From: Squalus acanthias | Lineage: Eukaryota | DNA: 62,000 nucleotides | Assembly (NCBI GenBank): GCA_030390025.1 | Contig: JASTWF010000341.1 | Coordinates: 186,001-248,000 of the forward strand | Reading direction: 5' to 3' | Part shown: one piece after another, positions 1 to 13,932 of the stretch | Numbering within the stretch: the stretch's first letter is position 1 | Layout of the letters: each line of letters starts with the position of its first letter | Program-made: the position numbers and the translations under genes | The notes under the pieces: model-generated | Seen by the model: only the letters and a program-made list of their open reading frames with translations | Database searches by the model: none | What the model was told of the DNA's origin: nothing

Positions 1-3000
1 TTAGTTTTACTGTCGATCCTCAGCATTAGTTTTACTGTCCATCCTCAGCATTAATTTTACTGTCGATCCTCAGCATTAATTTTACTGTCGATCCTCAGCA
101 TTAATTTTACTGTCGATCCTCAGCGTTAGTTTTACTGTCGATCCTCAGCGTTAGTTTTACTGTCGATCCTCAGCGTTAGTTTTACTGTCGATCCTCAGCG
201 TTAGTTTAACTGTCGATCCTCAGCGTTAGTTTTACTGTCGATCGTCAGCGTTAGTTTTACTGACGATCCTCAGCGTTAGTTTTACTGTCGATCCTCAGCG
301 TTAGTTTTACTGTCGATCCACAGCATTAGTTTTACTGTCGATCCGCAGCGTTAGTTTTACTGTCGATCCTCAGCTTTAGTTTTACTGTCGGTCCGCAGAA
401 TTCTGTCTTCCTGTCGATCCTCAGGATTAATTTTACTCTCGATCCTCAGAATTAATTTTACTGTCGATCCTCAGCATTAATTTTAAAGTCGATCCGCAGG
501 ATTCGTTTTACTGTCGATCCGCAGCATTAATTTTACTGTCGATCCTCAGCATTAGTTTTACTGTCGATCCTCAGCATTCATTTTACTGTCGATCCTCAGC
601 GTTAGTTTTACTGTCGATCCTCAGCATTAGTTTTACTGTCGATCCTCAGCATTAGTTTTACTGTCGATCCGCAGCATTAGTTTTACTGTCGATCCTCAGC
701 ATTAGTTTTACTGTCGATCTCAGCACTCGTTTTACTATCGATCCTCAGCATTAGTTTTACTGTCGATCCGCAGCGTTAGTTTTACTGTCGATCCTCAGCT
801 TTAGTTTTACTGTCGGTCCGCAGAATTATGTTTTCCTGTCGATCCTCAGGATTAATTTTACTCTCGATCCTCAGAATTAGTTTTACTGTCGATCCTCAGC
901 ATTAAGTTTTAAAGTCGATCCTCAGGATTAGTTTTACTGTCGATCCTTAGCATTAATTTTACTGTCGATCCTCAGCATTAGTTTTACTGTCGATCCTCAG
1001 CATTAGTTTTACTGTCGATCCTCAGCGTTAGTTTTACTGTCGATCCTCAGCATTAGTTTTACTGTCGATCCTCAGCATTAGTTTTACTGTCGATCCTCAG
1101 CATTAGTTTTACTGTCGATCCTCAGCATTAGTTTTACTGTCGATCCTCAGCATTAGTTTTACTGTCGATCCTCAGCATTAGTTTTACTGTCGATCCTCAG
1201 CATTAGTTTTACTGTCGATCCTCAGCATTAGTTTTACTGTCGATCCTCAGCATTAGTTTTACTGTCGATCCTCAGCATTAGTTTTACTGTCGATCCTCAG
1301 CATTAGTTTTACTGTCGATCCTCAGCATTAGTTTTACTGTCGATCCTCAGCATTAGTTTTACTGTCGATCCTCAGCATTAGTTTTACTGTCGATCCTCAG
1401 CATTAGTTTTACTGTCGATCCTCAGCATTAGTTTTACTGTCGATCCTCAGCATTAGTTTTACTGTCGATCCTCAGCATTAGTTTTACTGTCGATCCTCAG
1501 CATTAGTTTTACTGTCGATCCTCAGCATTAGTTTTACTGTCGATCCTCAGCATTAGTTTTACTGTCGATCCTCAGCGTTAGTTTTACTGTCGATCCTCAG
1601 CATTAGTTTTACTGTCGATCCTCAGCATTAGTTTACTGTCGATCCTCAGCTTTAGTTTTACTGTCGATCCTCAGCATTAGTTTTACTGTCGATCCTCAGA
1701 ATTAGTTTTACTGTCGATCCTCAGAATTAGTTTTACTGTCGATCCTCAGCATTAGTTTTACTGTCGATCCTCAGCGTTAGTTTTACTGTCGATCCTCAGC
1801 GTTAGTTTTACTGTCGATCCTCAGCGTTAGTTTTACTGTCGATCCTCAGCATTAGTTTTACTGTCGATCCTCAGCATTAGTTTTACTGTCGATCCTCAGC
1901 ATTAGTTTTACTGTCGATCCTCAGCATTAGTTTTACTGTCGATCCTCAGCATTAGTTTTACTGTCGATCCTCAGCATTAGTTTTACTGTCGATCCTCAGC
2001 ATTAGTTTTACTGTCGATCCTCAGCATTAGTTTTACTGTCGATCCTCAGCATTAGTTTTACTGTCGATCCTCAGCTTAGTTTTACTGTCGATCCTCAGCA
2101 TTAGTTTTACTGTCGATCCTCAGGATTAGTTTTACTGTCGATCCTCAGAATTAGTTTTACTGTCGATCCTCAGCATTAGTTTTACTGTCGATCCTCAGGA
2201 TTAGTTTTACTGTCGATCCTCAGCATTAGTTTTACTGTCGATCCTCAGCATTAGTTTTACTGTCGATCCTCAGCATTAGTTTTACTGTCTATCCTCAGCA
2301 TTAGTTTTACTGTCGATCCTCAGCATTAGTTTTACTGTCGATCCTCAGCATTAGTTTTACTGTCGATCCTCAGCATTAGTTTTACTGTCGATCCTCAGCG
2401 TTAGTTTTACTGTCGATCATCAGCGTTAGTTTTACTGTCGATCCTCAGCATTAGTTTTACTGTCGATCCTCAGCGTTAGTTTTACTGTCGATCCTCAGCA
2501 TTAGTTTTACTGTCGATCCTCAGCATTAGTTTTACTGTCGATCCTCAGCATTAGTTTTACTGTCGATCCTCAGCGTTAGTTTTACTGTCGATCCTCAGCG
2601 TTAGTTTTACTGTCGATCCTCAGCGTTAGTTTTACTGTCGATCCTCAGCATTAGTTTTACTGTCGATCCTCAGCGTTAGTTTTACTGTCGATCCTCAGCA
2701 TTACGTTTTACTGTCGATCCGCAGCATCAGTTTTACTGTCGATCCTCAGCATTAGTTTTACTGTCGATCCTCAGCATTAGTTTTACTGTCGATCCTCAGC
2801 GTTAGTTTTACTGTCGATCCTCAGCATTAGTTTTACTGTCGATCCTCAGCATTAGTTTTACTGTCGATCCTCAGCAATAGTTTTACTGTCTATCCTCAGC
2901 AATAGTTTTACTGTCGATCCGCAGCAATAGTTTTACTGTCGATCCGCAGCATTAGTTTTACTGTCGATCCGCAGCATTAGTTTTACTGTCGATCCGCAGC

Positions 3001-6000
3001 ATTAGTTTTACTGTCGATCCTCAGCATCAGTTTTACTGTCGATCCTCAGCATTAGTTTTACTGTCGATCCGCAGCTTTAGTTTTACTGTCGATCGTCAGC
3101 AATAGTTTTACTGTCGATCCGCAGCAATAGTTTTACTGTCGATCCTCAGCATTAGTTTTACTGTCGATCCTCAGCATTAGTTTTACTGTCGATCCTCAGC
3201 ATTAGTTTTACTGTCGATCCTCAGCATTAGTTTTACTGTCGATCCACAGCATTAGTTTTACTGTCGATCCTCAGCATTAGTTTTACTGTCGATCCGCAGC
3301 ATTAGTTTTACTGTCGATCCTCAGCATTAGTTTTACTGTCGATCCTCAGCATTAGTTTTACTGTCGATCCTCAGCATTAGTTTTACTGTCGATCCGCAGC
3401 ATTAGTTTTACTGTCGATCTCAGCATTAGTTTTACTGTCGATCCTCAGCATTAGTTTTACTGTCGATCCTCAGCATTAGTTTTACTGTCGATCCTCAGCA
3501 TTAGTTTTACTGTCGATCCTCAGCATTAGTTTTACTGTCGATCCTCAGCATTAGTTTTACTGTCGATCCTCAGCATTAGTTTTACTGTCGATCCTCAGCA
3601 TTAGTTTTACTGTCGATCCTCAGCATTAGTTTTACTGTCGATCCTCAGCATTAATTTTACTGTCGATCCTCAGCATTAGTTTTACTGTCGATCCTCAGCA
3701 TTAGTTTTACTGTCGATCCGCAGCATTAGTTTTACTGTCGATCCTCAGCTTTAGTTTTACTGTCGATCCGCAGAATTAGTTTTACTGTCGATCCTCAGAT
3801 TAATTTTACTCGTCGATCCTCAGATTAGTCTTACTGTCGATCCTCAGCATTAATTTTACTGTCGATCCTCAGATTAGTTTTACTGTCGATCCTCAGCATT
3901 AATTTTACTGTCGATCCTCAGTATTAGTTTTACTGTCGATCCTCAGCATTAGTTTCACTGTCGATCCTCAGCATTAGTTTTACTGTCGATCCTCAGCGTT
4001 AGTTTCACTGTCGATCCTCAGCATTAGTTTTACTGTCGATCCTCAGCGTTAGTTTCACTGTCGATCCTCAGCATTAGATTTACTGTCGATCCTCAGCGTT
4101 AGTTTTACTGTCGATCCTCAGCGTAAGTATTACTGTCGATCCTCAGCATTAGTTTTGCTGTCGATCCTCAGCATTAGTTTTACTGCCGATCCTCAGCGTT
4201 AGTTTTACTGTCGATCCTCAGCGTTAGTTTTACCGACAATTTTCAGCGTTAATTTTACTGTCGATCCTCAGGATTAGTTTTACTGTCGATCCTCAGGATT
4301 AGTTTTACTGTCAATCCTCAGCATTAATTTTACTGTCGATCCTCAGCATTAATTTTACTGTCGATCCTCAAGATTAGTTTTACTGTCGATCCTCAGGATT
4401 AGTTTTACTGAAGTTTCTCAGAATTAGTTTTACCGACGATCCTCAGAATTAGTTTTACTGCCGATCCTCAGCATTAGTTTTACTGTCGATCCGCAGCAGC
4501 AGTTATACTGTCGATCCGCAGCATTAGTTTTACTGTCGATCCTCAGCATTAGTTTTACTGTCGATCCTCAGCATTAGTTTTACTGTCGATCCTCAGCGTT
4601 AGGTTTACTGTCGATCCGTAGCATTAATTTTGCGTTCGATCCTCAGCATTAATTTTACTGTCGATCAGCAGCATTAGTTTTACTGTCGATCCTCAGCATA
4701 GTTTTACTGTCGATCCTCAGCATTAGTTTTACTGTCGATCCTCAGCATTAGTTTTACTGTCGATCCTTAGCAATAGTTTTACTGTCGATCCTCAGGATTA
4801 GTTTTACTGTCGATCCTCAGCGATTAGTTTTACTGTCGATCCTCAGCGTTAGTTTTACTGTCGATCCTCAGCATTAGTTTTACTGTCGATCCTCAGCATT
4901 AGTTTTACTGTCGATCCTCAGCATTAGTTTTACTGTCGATCCGCAGCAATAGTTTTACTGTCAGATCCGCAGCATAGTTTTACTGTCGATCCTCAGCATT
5001 AGTTTTACTGTCGATCCTCAGCATTAGTTTTACTGTCGATCCTCAGCATTAGTTTTACTGTCGATCCTCAGCATTACTTTTACTGTCGATCCTCAGCGTT
5101 AGTTTTACTGTCGATCCTCAGCATTAGTTTTACTGACGATCCTCAGCATTAGTTTTACTGTCAAACCTCAGCATCAGTTTTACTGTCGATCCTCAGCATT
5201 ACTTTTACTGTCTATCCTCAGGATTAGTTTTACCGATGATATTCAGCATTAATTTTACTGTCGATCCTCAGAATTAGTTTTACTGTCGATCCTCAGCGTT
5301 AGTTTTACTGTCGATCCTCAGCATTAGATTTACTGTCGATCCTCAGCGTTAGTTTTACTGTCGATCCTCAGCGTTAGTTTTACTGTCGATCCTCAGCGTT
5401 AGGTTTACTGTCGATCCTCAGGATTAGTTTTACTGTCGATCCGCAGCATTAGTTTTACTGTCGATCCTTAGCAATAGTTTTACTGTCGATCCTCAGATTA
5501 GTTTTACAGTCGATCCTCAGATTAGTTTTACTGTCGATCCTCAGCGTTAGTTTACCGACGATATTCAGCATTAGTTTTACTGTCGATCCTCAGCATTAGT
5601 TTTACTGTCGATCGTCAGCAATAGTTTTACTGTCGATCCGCAGCATTAGTTTTACTGTCGATCCTCAGCATCAGTTTTACTGTCTATCCTCAGGATTAGT
5701 TTTACTGTCGATCCGCAGCATTAGTTTTACTGTCTATCCTCAGGATTAGTTTTACTGTCGATCGTCAGCAATAGTTTTACTGTCGATCCGCAGCAATAGT
5801 TTTACTGTCGATCCGCAGCTTTAGTTTTACTGTCGATCGTCAGCAATAGTTTTACTGTCGATCCGCAGCATTAGTTTTACTGTCGATCCTCAGCATCAGT
5901 TTTACTGTCTATCCTCAGCATTAGTTTTACTGTTGATCCTCAGCATTAATTTTACTGTCGATCCTCAGCATTAATTTTACTGTCGATCCTCAGCGTTAGT

Positions 6001-9000
6001 TTTACTGTCTATCCTCAGCGTTAGATTTACTGTCGATCCTCAGCATTAGTTTTACTGTCGAACCGCAGCGTTAGTTTTACTGTCGATCCTCAGCTTTAGT
6101 TTTACTGTCGGTCCGCAGAATTCTGTCTTCCTGTCGATCCTCAGGATTAATTTTACTCTCGATCCTCAGAATTAGTTTTACTGTCGATCCTCAGCATTAA
6201 TTTTAAAGTCGATCCTCAGGATTAGTTTTACTGTCAATCCTCAGCATTAATTTTACTGTCGATCCTCAGCATTAGTTTTACTGTCGATCCTCAGCATTAG
6301 TTTTACTGTCGATCCTCAGCATTAGTTTTACTGTCGATCCGCAGCATTAGTTTTATTGTCGATCCTCAGCATTAGTTTTACTGTCGATCTGCAGCACTCG
6401 TTTTACTGTCGATCCTCAGCATTAGTTTTACTGTCGATCCGCAGCGTTAGTTTTACTGTCGATCCTCAGCTATAGTTTTACTGTCGGTCCGCAGAATTAT
6501 GTTTTCCTGTCGATCCTCAGGATTAATTTTACTCTCGATCCTCAGAATTAGTTTTACTGTCGATCCTCAGCATTAATTTTAAAGTCGATCCTCAGGATTA
6601 GTTTTACTGTCGATCCTCAGCATTAATTTTACTGTCGATCCTCAGCATTAGTTTTACTGTCGATCCTCAGCATTCGTTTTACTGTCTTTCCTCAGCGTTA
6701 GTTTTACTGTCGATCCTCAGCATTAGTTTTACTGTCGATCCTCAGCATTAGTTTTACTGTCGATCCTCAGCATTGGTTTTACTGTCGATCCTCAGCGTAA
6801 GTTTTACTGTCGATCCTCAGCGTAAGTTTAACTGTCGATCCTCAGCGTTAGTTTTACTGTCGATCCTCAGCGTTAGTTTTACTGTCGATCCTCAGCGTTA
6901 GTTTAACTGTCGATCCTCAGCGTTAGTTTTACTGTCGATCGTCAGCGTTAGTTTTACTGACGATCCTCAGCATTAGTTTTACTGTCGATCCTCAGCTTTC
7001 GTTTTACTGTCGATCCTCAGCATTAGTTTTACTGTCGATCCTCAGCATTAGTTTTACTGTCGATCCGCAGCATTAGTTTTACTGTCGATCCTCAGCATTA
7101 GTTTTACTGTCAATCCTCAGCATTAATTTTACTGTCGATCCTCAGCATTAATTTTACTGTCGATCCTCAGCATTAATTTTACTGTCGATCCTCAGCGTTA
7201 GTTTAACTGTCGATCCTCAGCGTTAGTTTTACTGTCGATCGTCAGCGTTAGTTTTACTGACGATCCTCAGCGTTAGTTTTACTGTCGATCCTCAGCATTA
7301 GTTTTACTGTCGATCCTCAGCATTAGTTTTACTGTCGATCCGCAGCATTAGTTTTACTGTCGATCCTCAGCATTAGTTTTACTGTCGATCTGCAGCACTC
7401 GTTTTACTATCGATCCTCAGCATTAGTTTTACTGTCGATCCGCAGCGTTAGTTTTACTGTCGATCCTCAGCTTTAGTTTTACTGTCGGTCCGCAGAATTA
7501 TGTTTTCCTGTCGATCCTCAGGATTAATTTTACTCTCGATCCTCAGAATTAGTTTTACTGTCGATCCTCAGCATTAATTTTAAAGTCGATCCTCAGGATT
7601 AGTTTTACTGTCGATCCTTAGCATTAATTTTACTGTCGATCCTCAGCATTAGTTTTACTGTCGATCCTCAGCATTCGTTTTACTGTCTTTCCTCAGCGTT
7701 AGTTTTACTGTCGATCCTCAGCATTAGTTTTACTGTCGATCCTCAGCATTAGTTTTACTGTCGATCCTCAGCATTGGTTTTACTGTCGATCCTCAGCGTA
7801 AGTTTTACTGTCGATCCTCAGCGTAAGTTTAACTGTCGATCCTCAGCGTTAGTTTAACTGTCGATCCTCAGCGTTAGTTTTACTGTCGATCGTCAGCGTT
7901 AGTTTTACTGACGATCCTCAGCATTAGTTTTACTGTCGATCCTCAGCTTTAGTTTTACTGTCGATCCTCAGCATTAGTTTTACTGTCGATCCTCAGCATT
8001 AGTTTTACTGTCGATCCGCAGCATTAGTTTTACTGTCGATCCTCAGCATTAGTTTTACTGTCAATCCTCAGCATTAATTTTACTGTCGATCCTCAGCATT
8101 AATTTTACTGTCGATCCTCAGCATTAGTTTTACTGTCGATCCTCAGCATTAGTTTTACTGTCGATCCAAAGCGTTAGTTTTACTGTAGATCCGCAGCAAT
8201 ATTTTTACTGTCAATCCGCAGCAATGGTTTTACTGTCGATCCTCAGCATTAGTTTTACTGTCGATCCTCAGCATTAGTTTTACTGTCGATCCTCAGCATT
8301 ACTTTTACTGTCGATCCTCAGCGTTAGTTTTACTGTCGATCCTCAGCATTAGTTTTACTGACGATCCTCAGCATTAGTTTTACTGTCAAACCTCAGCATC
8401 AGTTTTACTGTCGATCCTCAGCATTACTTTTACTGTCTATCCTCAGGATTAGTTTTACCGATGATATTCAGCATTAATTTTACTGTCGATCCTCAGAATT
8501 AGTTTTACTGTCGATCCTCAGCGTTAGTTTTACTGTCGATCCTCAGCATTAGATTTACTGTCGATCCTCAGCGTTAGTTTTACTGTCGATCCTCAGCGTT
8601 AGTTTTACTGTCGATCCTCAGCGTTAGGTTTACTGTCGATCCTCAGGATTAGTTTTACTGTCGATCCGCAGCATTAGTTTTACTGTCGATCCTTAGCAAT
8701 AGTTTTACTGTCGATCCTCAGGATTAGTTTTACAGTCGATCCTCAGCATTAGTTTTACTGTCGATCCTCAGGATTAGTTTTACTGTCGATCCTCAGCGTT
8801 AGTTTTACCGACGATATTCAGCATTAGTTTTACTGTCGATCCTCAGCATTAGTTTTACTGTCGATCGTCAGCAATAGTTTTACTGTCGATCCGCAGCATT
8901 AGTTTTACTGTCGATCCTCAGCATCAGTTTTACTGTCTATCCTCAGGATAAGTTTTACTGTCGATCCGCAGCATTAGTTTTACTGTCTATCCTCAGGATT

Positions 9001-12000
9001 AGTTTTACTGTCGATCGTCAGCAATAGTTTTACTGTCGATCCGCAGCAATAGTTTTACTGTCGATCCGCAGCTTTAGTTTTACTGTCGATCGTCAGCAAT
9101 AGTTTTACTGTCGATCCGCAGCATTAGTTTTACTGTCGATCCTCAGCATCAGTTTTACTGTCTATCCTCAGCATTAGTTTTACTGTTGATCCTCAGCATT
9201 AATTTTACTGTCGATCCTCAGCATTAATTTTACTGTCGATCCTCAGCGTTAGTTTTACTGTCTATCCTCAGCGTTAGATTTACTGTCGATCCTCAGCATT
9301 AATTTTACTGTCGATCCACAGCATTAGTTTTACTGTCGAACCGCAGCGTTAGTTTTACTGTCGATCCTCAGCTTTAGTTTTACTGTCGGTCCGCAGAATT
9401 CTGTCTTCCTGTCGATCCTCAGGATTAATTTTACTCTCGATCCTCAGAATTAGTTTTACTGTCGATCCTCAGCATTAATTTTAAAGTCGATCCTCAGGAT
9501 TAGTTTTACTGTCAATCCTCAGCATTAATTTTACTGTCGATCCTCAGCATTAGTTTTACTGTCGATCCTCAGCATTAGTTTTACTGTCGATCCTCAGCAT
9601 TAGTTTTACTGTCGATCCGCAGCATTAGTTTTATTGTCGATCCTCAGCATTAGTTTTACTGTCGATCTGCAGCACTCGTTTTACTGTCGATCCTCAGCAT
9701 TAGTTTTACTGTCGATCCGCAGCGTTAGTTTTACTGTCGATCCTCAGCTTTAGTTTTACTGTCGGTCCGCAGAATTATGTTTTCCTGTCGATCCTCAGGA
9801 TTAATTTTACTCTCGATCCTCAGAATTAGTTTTACTGTCGATCCTCAGCATTAATTTTAAAGTCGATCCTCAGGATTAGTTTTACTGTCGATCCTCAGCA
9901 TTAATTTTACTGTCGATCCTCAGCATTAGTTTTACTGTCGATCCTCAGCATTCGTTTTACTGTCTTTCCTCAGCGTTAGTTTTACTGTCGATCCTCAGCA
10001 TTAGTTTTACTGTCGATCCTCAGCATTAGTTTTACTGTCGATCCTCAGCATTGGTTTTACTGTCGATCCTCAGCGTAAGTTTTACTGTCGATCCTCAGCG
10101 TAAGTTTAACTGTCGATCCTCAGCGTTAGTTTTACTGTCGATCCTCAGCGTTAGTTTTACTGTCGATCCTCAGCGTTAGTTTAACTGTCGATCCTCAGCG
10201 TTAGTTTTACTGTCGATCGTCAGCATTAGTTTTACTGACGATCCTCAGCATTAGTTTTACTGTCGATCCTCAGCTTTCGTTTTACTGTCGATCCTCAGCA
10301 TTAGTTTTACTGTCGATCCTCAGCATTAGTTTTACTGTCGATCCGCAGCATTAGTTTTACTGTCGATCCTCAGCATTAGTTTTACTGTCAATCCTCAGCA
10401 TTAATTTTACTGTCGATCCTCAGCATTAATTTTACTGTCGATCCTCAGCATTAATTTTACTGTCGATCCTCAGCGTTAGTTTAACTGTCGATCCTCAGCG
10501 TTAGTTTTACTGTCGATCGTCAGCGTTAGTTTTACTGACGATCCTCAGCGTTAGTTTTACTGTCGATCCTCAGCGTTAGTTTTACTGTCGATCCACAGCA
10601 TTAATTTTACTGTCGATCCGCAGCGTTAGTTTTACTGTCGATCCTCAGCTTTAGTTTTACTGTCGGTCCGCAGAATTCTGTCTTCCTGTCGATCCTCAGG
10701 ATTAATTTTACTCTCGATCCTCAGAATTAGTTTTACTGTCGATCCTCAGCATTAATTTTAAAGTCGATCCGCAGGATTCGTTTTACTGTCGATCCTCAGC
10801 ATTAATTTTACTGTCGATCCTCAGCATTAGTTTTACTGTCGATCCTCAGCATTCATTTTACTGTCGATCCTCAGCGTTAGTTTTACTGTCGATCCTCAGC
10901 ATTAGTTTTACTGTCGATCCTCAGCATTAGTTTTACTGTCGATCCGCAGCATTAGTTTTACTGTCGATCCTCAGCATTAGTTTTACTGTCGATCTGCAGC
11001 ACTCGTTTTACTATCGATCCTCAGCATTAGTTTTACTGTCGATCCGCAGCGTTAGTTTTACTGTCGATCCTCAGCTTTAGTTTTACTGTCGGTCCGCAGA
11101 ATTATGTTTTCCTGTCGATCCTCAGGATTAATTTTACTCTCGATCCTCAGAATTAGTTTTACTGTCGATCCTCAGCATTAATTTTAAAGTCGATCCTCAG
11201 GATTAGTTTTACTGTCGATCCTTAGCATTAATTTTACTGTCGATCCTCAGCATTAGTTTTACTGTCGATCCTCAGCATTCGTTTTACTGTCTTTCCTCAG
11301 CGTTAGTTTTACTGTCGATCCTCAGCATTAGTTTTACTGTCGATCCTCAGCATTAGTTTTACTGTCGATCCTCAGCATTGGTTTTACTGTCGATCCTCAG
11401 CGTAAGTTTTACTGTCGATCCTCAGCGTAAGTTTAACTGTCGATCCTCAGCGTTAGTTTAACTGTCGATCCTCAGCGTTAGTTTTACTGTCGATCGTCAG
11501 CGTTAGTTTTACTGACGATCCTCAGCATTAGTTTTACTGTCGATCCTCAGCTTTAGTTTTACTGTCGATCCTCAGCATTAGTTTTACTGTCGATCCTCAG
11601 CATTAGTTTTACTGTCGATCCGCAGCATTAGTTTTACTGTCGATCCTCAGCATTAGTTTTACTGTCAATCCTCAGCATTAATTTTACTGTCGATCCTCAG
11701 CATTAATTTTACTGTCGATCCTCAGCATTAGTTTTACTGTCGATCCTCAGCATTAGTTTTACCGTTGATCCTCAGCATTAATTTTACTGTCGATCCTCAG
11801 CATTAATTTTACTGTCGATCCTCAGCGTTAGTTTTACTGTCTATCCTCAGCATTAGATTTACTGTCGATCCTCAGCATTAATTTTACTGTCGATCCTCAG
11901 CATTAATTTTACTGTCGATCCTCAGCGTTAGTTTTACTGTCGATCCTCAGCGTTAGTTTTACTGTCGATCCACAGCATTAGTTTTACTGTCGATCCGCAG

Positions 12001-13932
12001 CGTTAGTTTTACTGTCGATCCTCAGCTTTAGTTTTACTGTCGGTCCGCAGAATTCTGTCTTCCTGTCGATCCTCAGGATTAATTTTACTCTCGATCCTCA
12101 GAATTAGTTTTACTGTCGATCCTCAGAATTAGTTTTACTGTCGATCCTCAGCATTAGTTTTACTGTCGATCCTCAGCATTCGTTTTACTGTCTTTCCTCA
12201 GCGTTAGTTTTACTGTCGATCCTCAGCATTAGTTTTTCTGTCGATCCTCAGCATTAGTTTTACTGTCGACCCTCAGCGTTAGTTTTACTGTCGATCATCA
12301 GCGCTAGTTTTACTGTCGATCATCAGCGTTAGTTTTATTATCGATCCGCAGCATTAGTTTTACTGTCGATTCTCAGCGTTAGTTTTACTGTCGATCCTCA
12401 GCATTAGTTTTACTGTCGATCCTCAGCATTACTTTTATTGTCGATCCTCAGCATTAGTTTTACTGTCGACCCTCAGCGTTAGTTTTACTGTCGATCCTCA
12501 GCGTTAGTTTTACTGTCGATCCGCAGCATTAGTTTTACTGTCGATCCTCGGCGTTCGTTTTACTGTCGATCCTCAGCATTACTTTTACTGTCGATCCGCA
12601 GCATCAGTTTTACTGTCGTTCCTCAGCATTAGTTTTACTGTCGATCCTCAGCATTAGTTTTACTGTCGATCCTCAGCGTTTGTTTTACTGTTGATCCTCA
12701 GCATTAGTTTTACTGTCGATCCTCAGCATCAGTTTTACTGTCGTTCCTCAGCAATAGTTTTACTGTCTATCCACAGCAAAAGTTTTAATGTCGATCCGCA
12801 GCAATAGTTTTACTGTCGATCCGCAGCTTTAGTTTTACTGTCGATCGTCAGCAATAGTTTTACTGTCGATCCGCAGCATTAGTTTTACTGTCGATCCTCA
12901 GCATCAGTTTTACTGTCTATCCTCAGGATTAGTTTTACTGTCGATCCGCAGCTTTAGTTTTACTGTCGATCATCAGCAATAGTTTTACTGTCGATCCGCA
13001 GCAATAGTTTTACTGTCGATCCTCAGCATTAGATTTACTGTCGATCCTCAGCATTAGTTTTACTGTCGATCCTCACCCTTAGTTTTACTGACGATCCTCA
13101 GCATTAGTTTTACTGTCGATCCTCAGCATTAGTTTTACTGTCGATCCGCAGCATTAGTTTTACTGTCGATCCGCAGCATTAGTTTTACTGTCGATCCTCA
13201 GCATTAGTGTTACTGTCGATCCTCAGCATCAGTTTTACTGTCTATCCTCAGGATTAGTTTTACCAACGATCCTCAGCGTTAGTTTTACTGTCAATCCTCT
13301 GCATTCGTTTTACTGTCGATCCTCAGCATTCGTTTTACTGTCGATCCTCAGCGTTAGTTTTATTATCGATCCTCAGCGTTAGTTTTACTGTCGATCCGCA
13401 GCATTAGTTTTACTGTCGATTCTCAGCGTTAGTTTTACTGTCGATCCTCAGCATTAGTTTTACTGTCGATCCTCAGCATTAGTTTTACTGTCGATCCTCA
13501 GCATTGGTTTTATTGTCGATCCTCAGCATTAGTTTTACTGTCGATCCTCAGCGTTAGTTTAACTGTCGATCCTCAGCGTTAGTTTTACTGTCGATCGTCA
13601 GCATTAGTTTTACTGACGATCCTCAGCATTAGTTTTACTGTCGATCCTCAGCTTTAGTTTTACTGTCGATCCTCAGCATTAGTTTTACTGTCGATCCTCA
13701 GCATTAGTTTTACTGTCGATCCGCAGCATTAGTTTTACTGTCGATCCTCAGCATTAGTTTTACTGTCAATCCTCAGCATTAATTTTACTGTCAATCCTCA
13801 GCATTAATTTTACTGTCGATCCTCAGCATTAGTTTTACTGTCGATCCTCAGCGTTAGTTTTACTGTCTATCCTCAGCATTAGATTTACTGTCGATCCTCA
13901 GCATTAATTTTACTGTCGATCCTCAGCATTAA

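Noticed and set aside
6660..6700. CENP-B box in the TTCGTTTTA variant unit
   Set aside because: Matches TTCG-N4-A but lacks the CGGG half.
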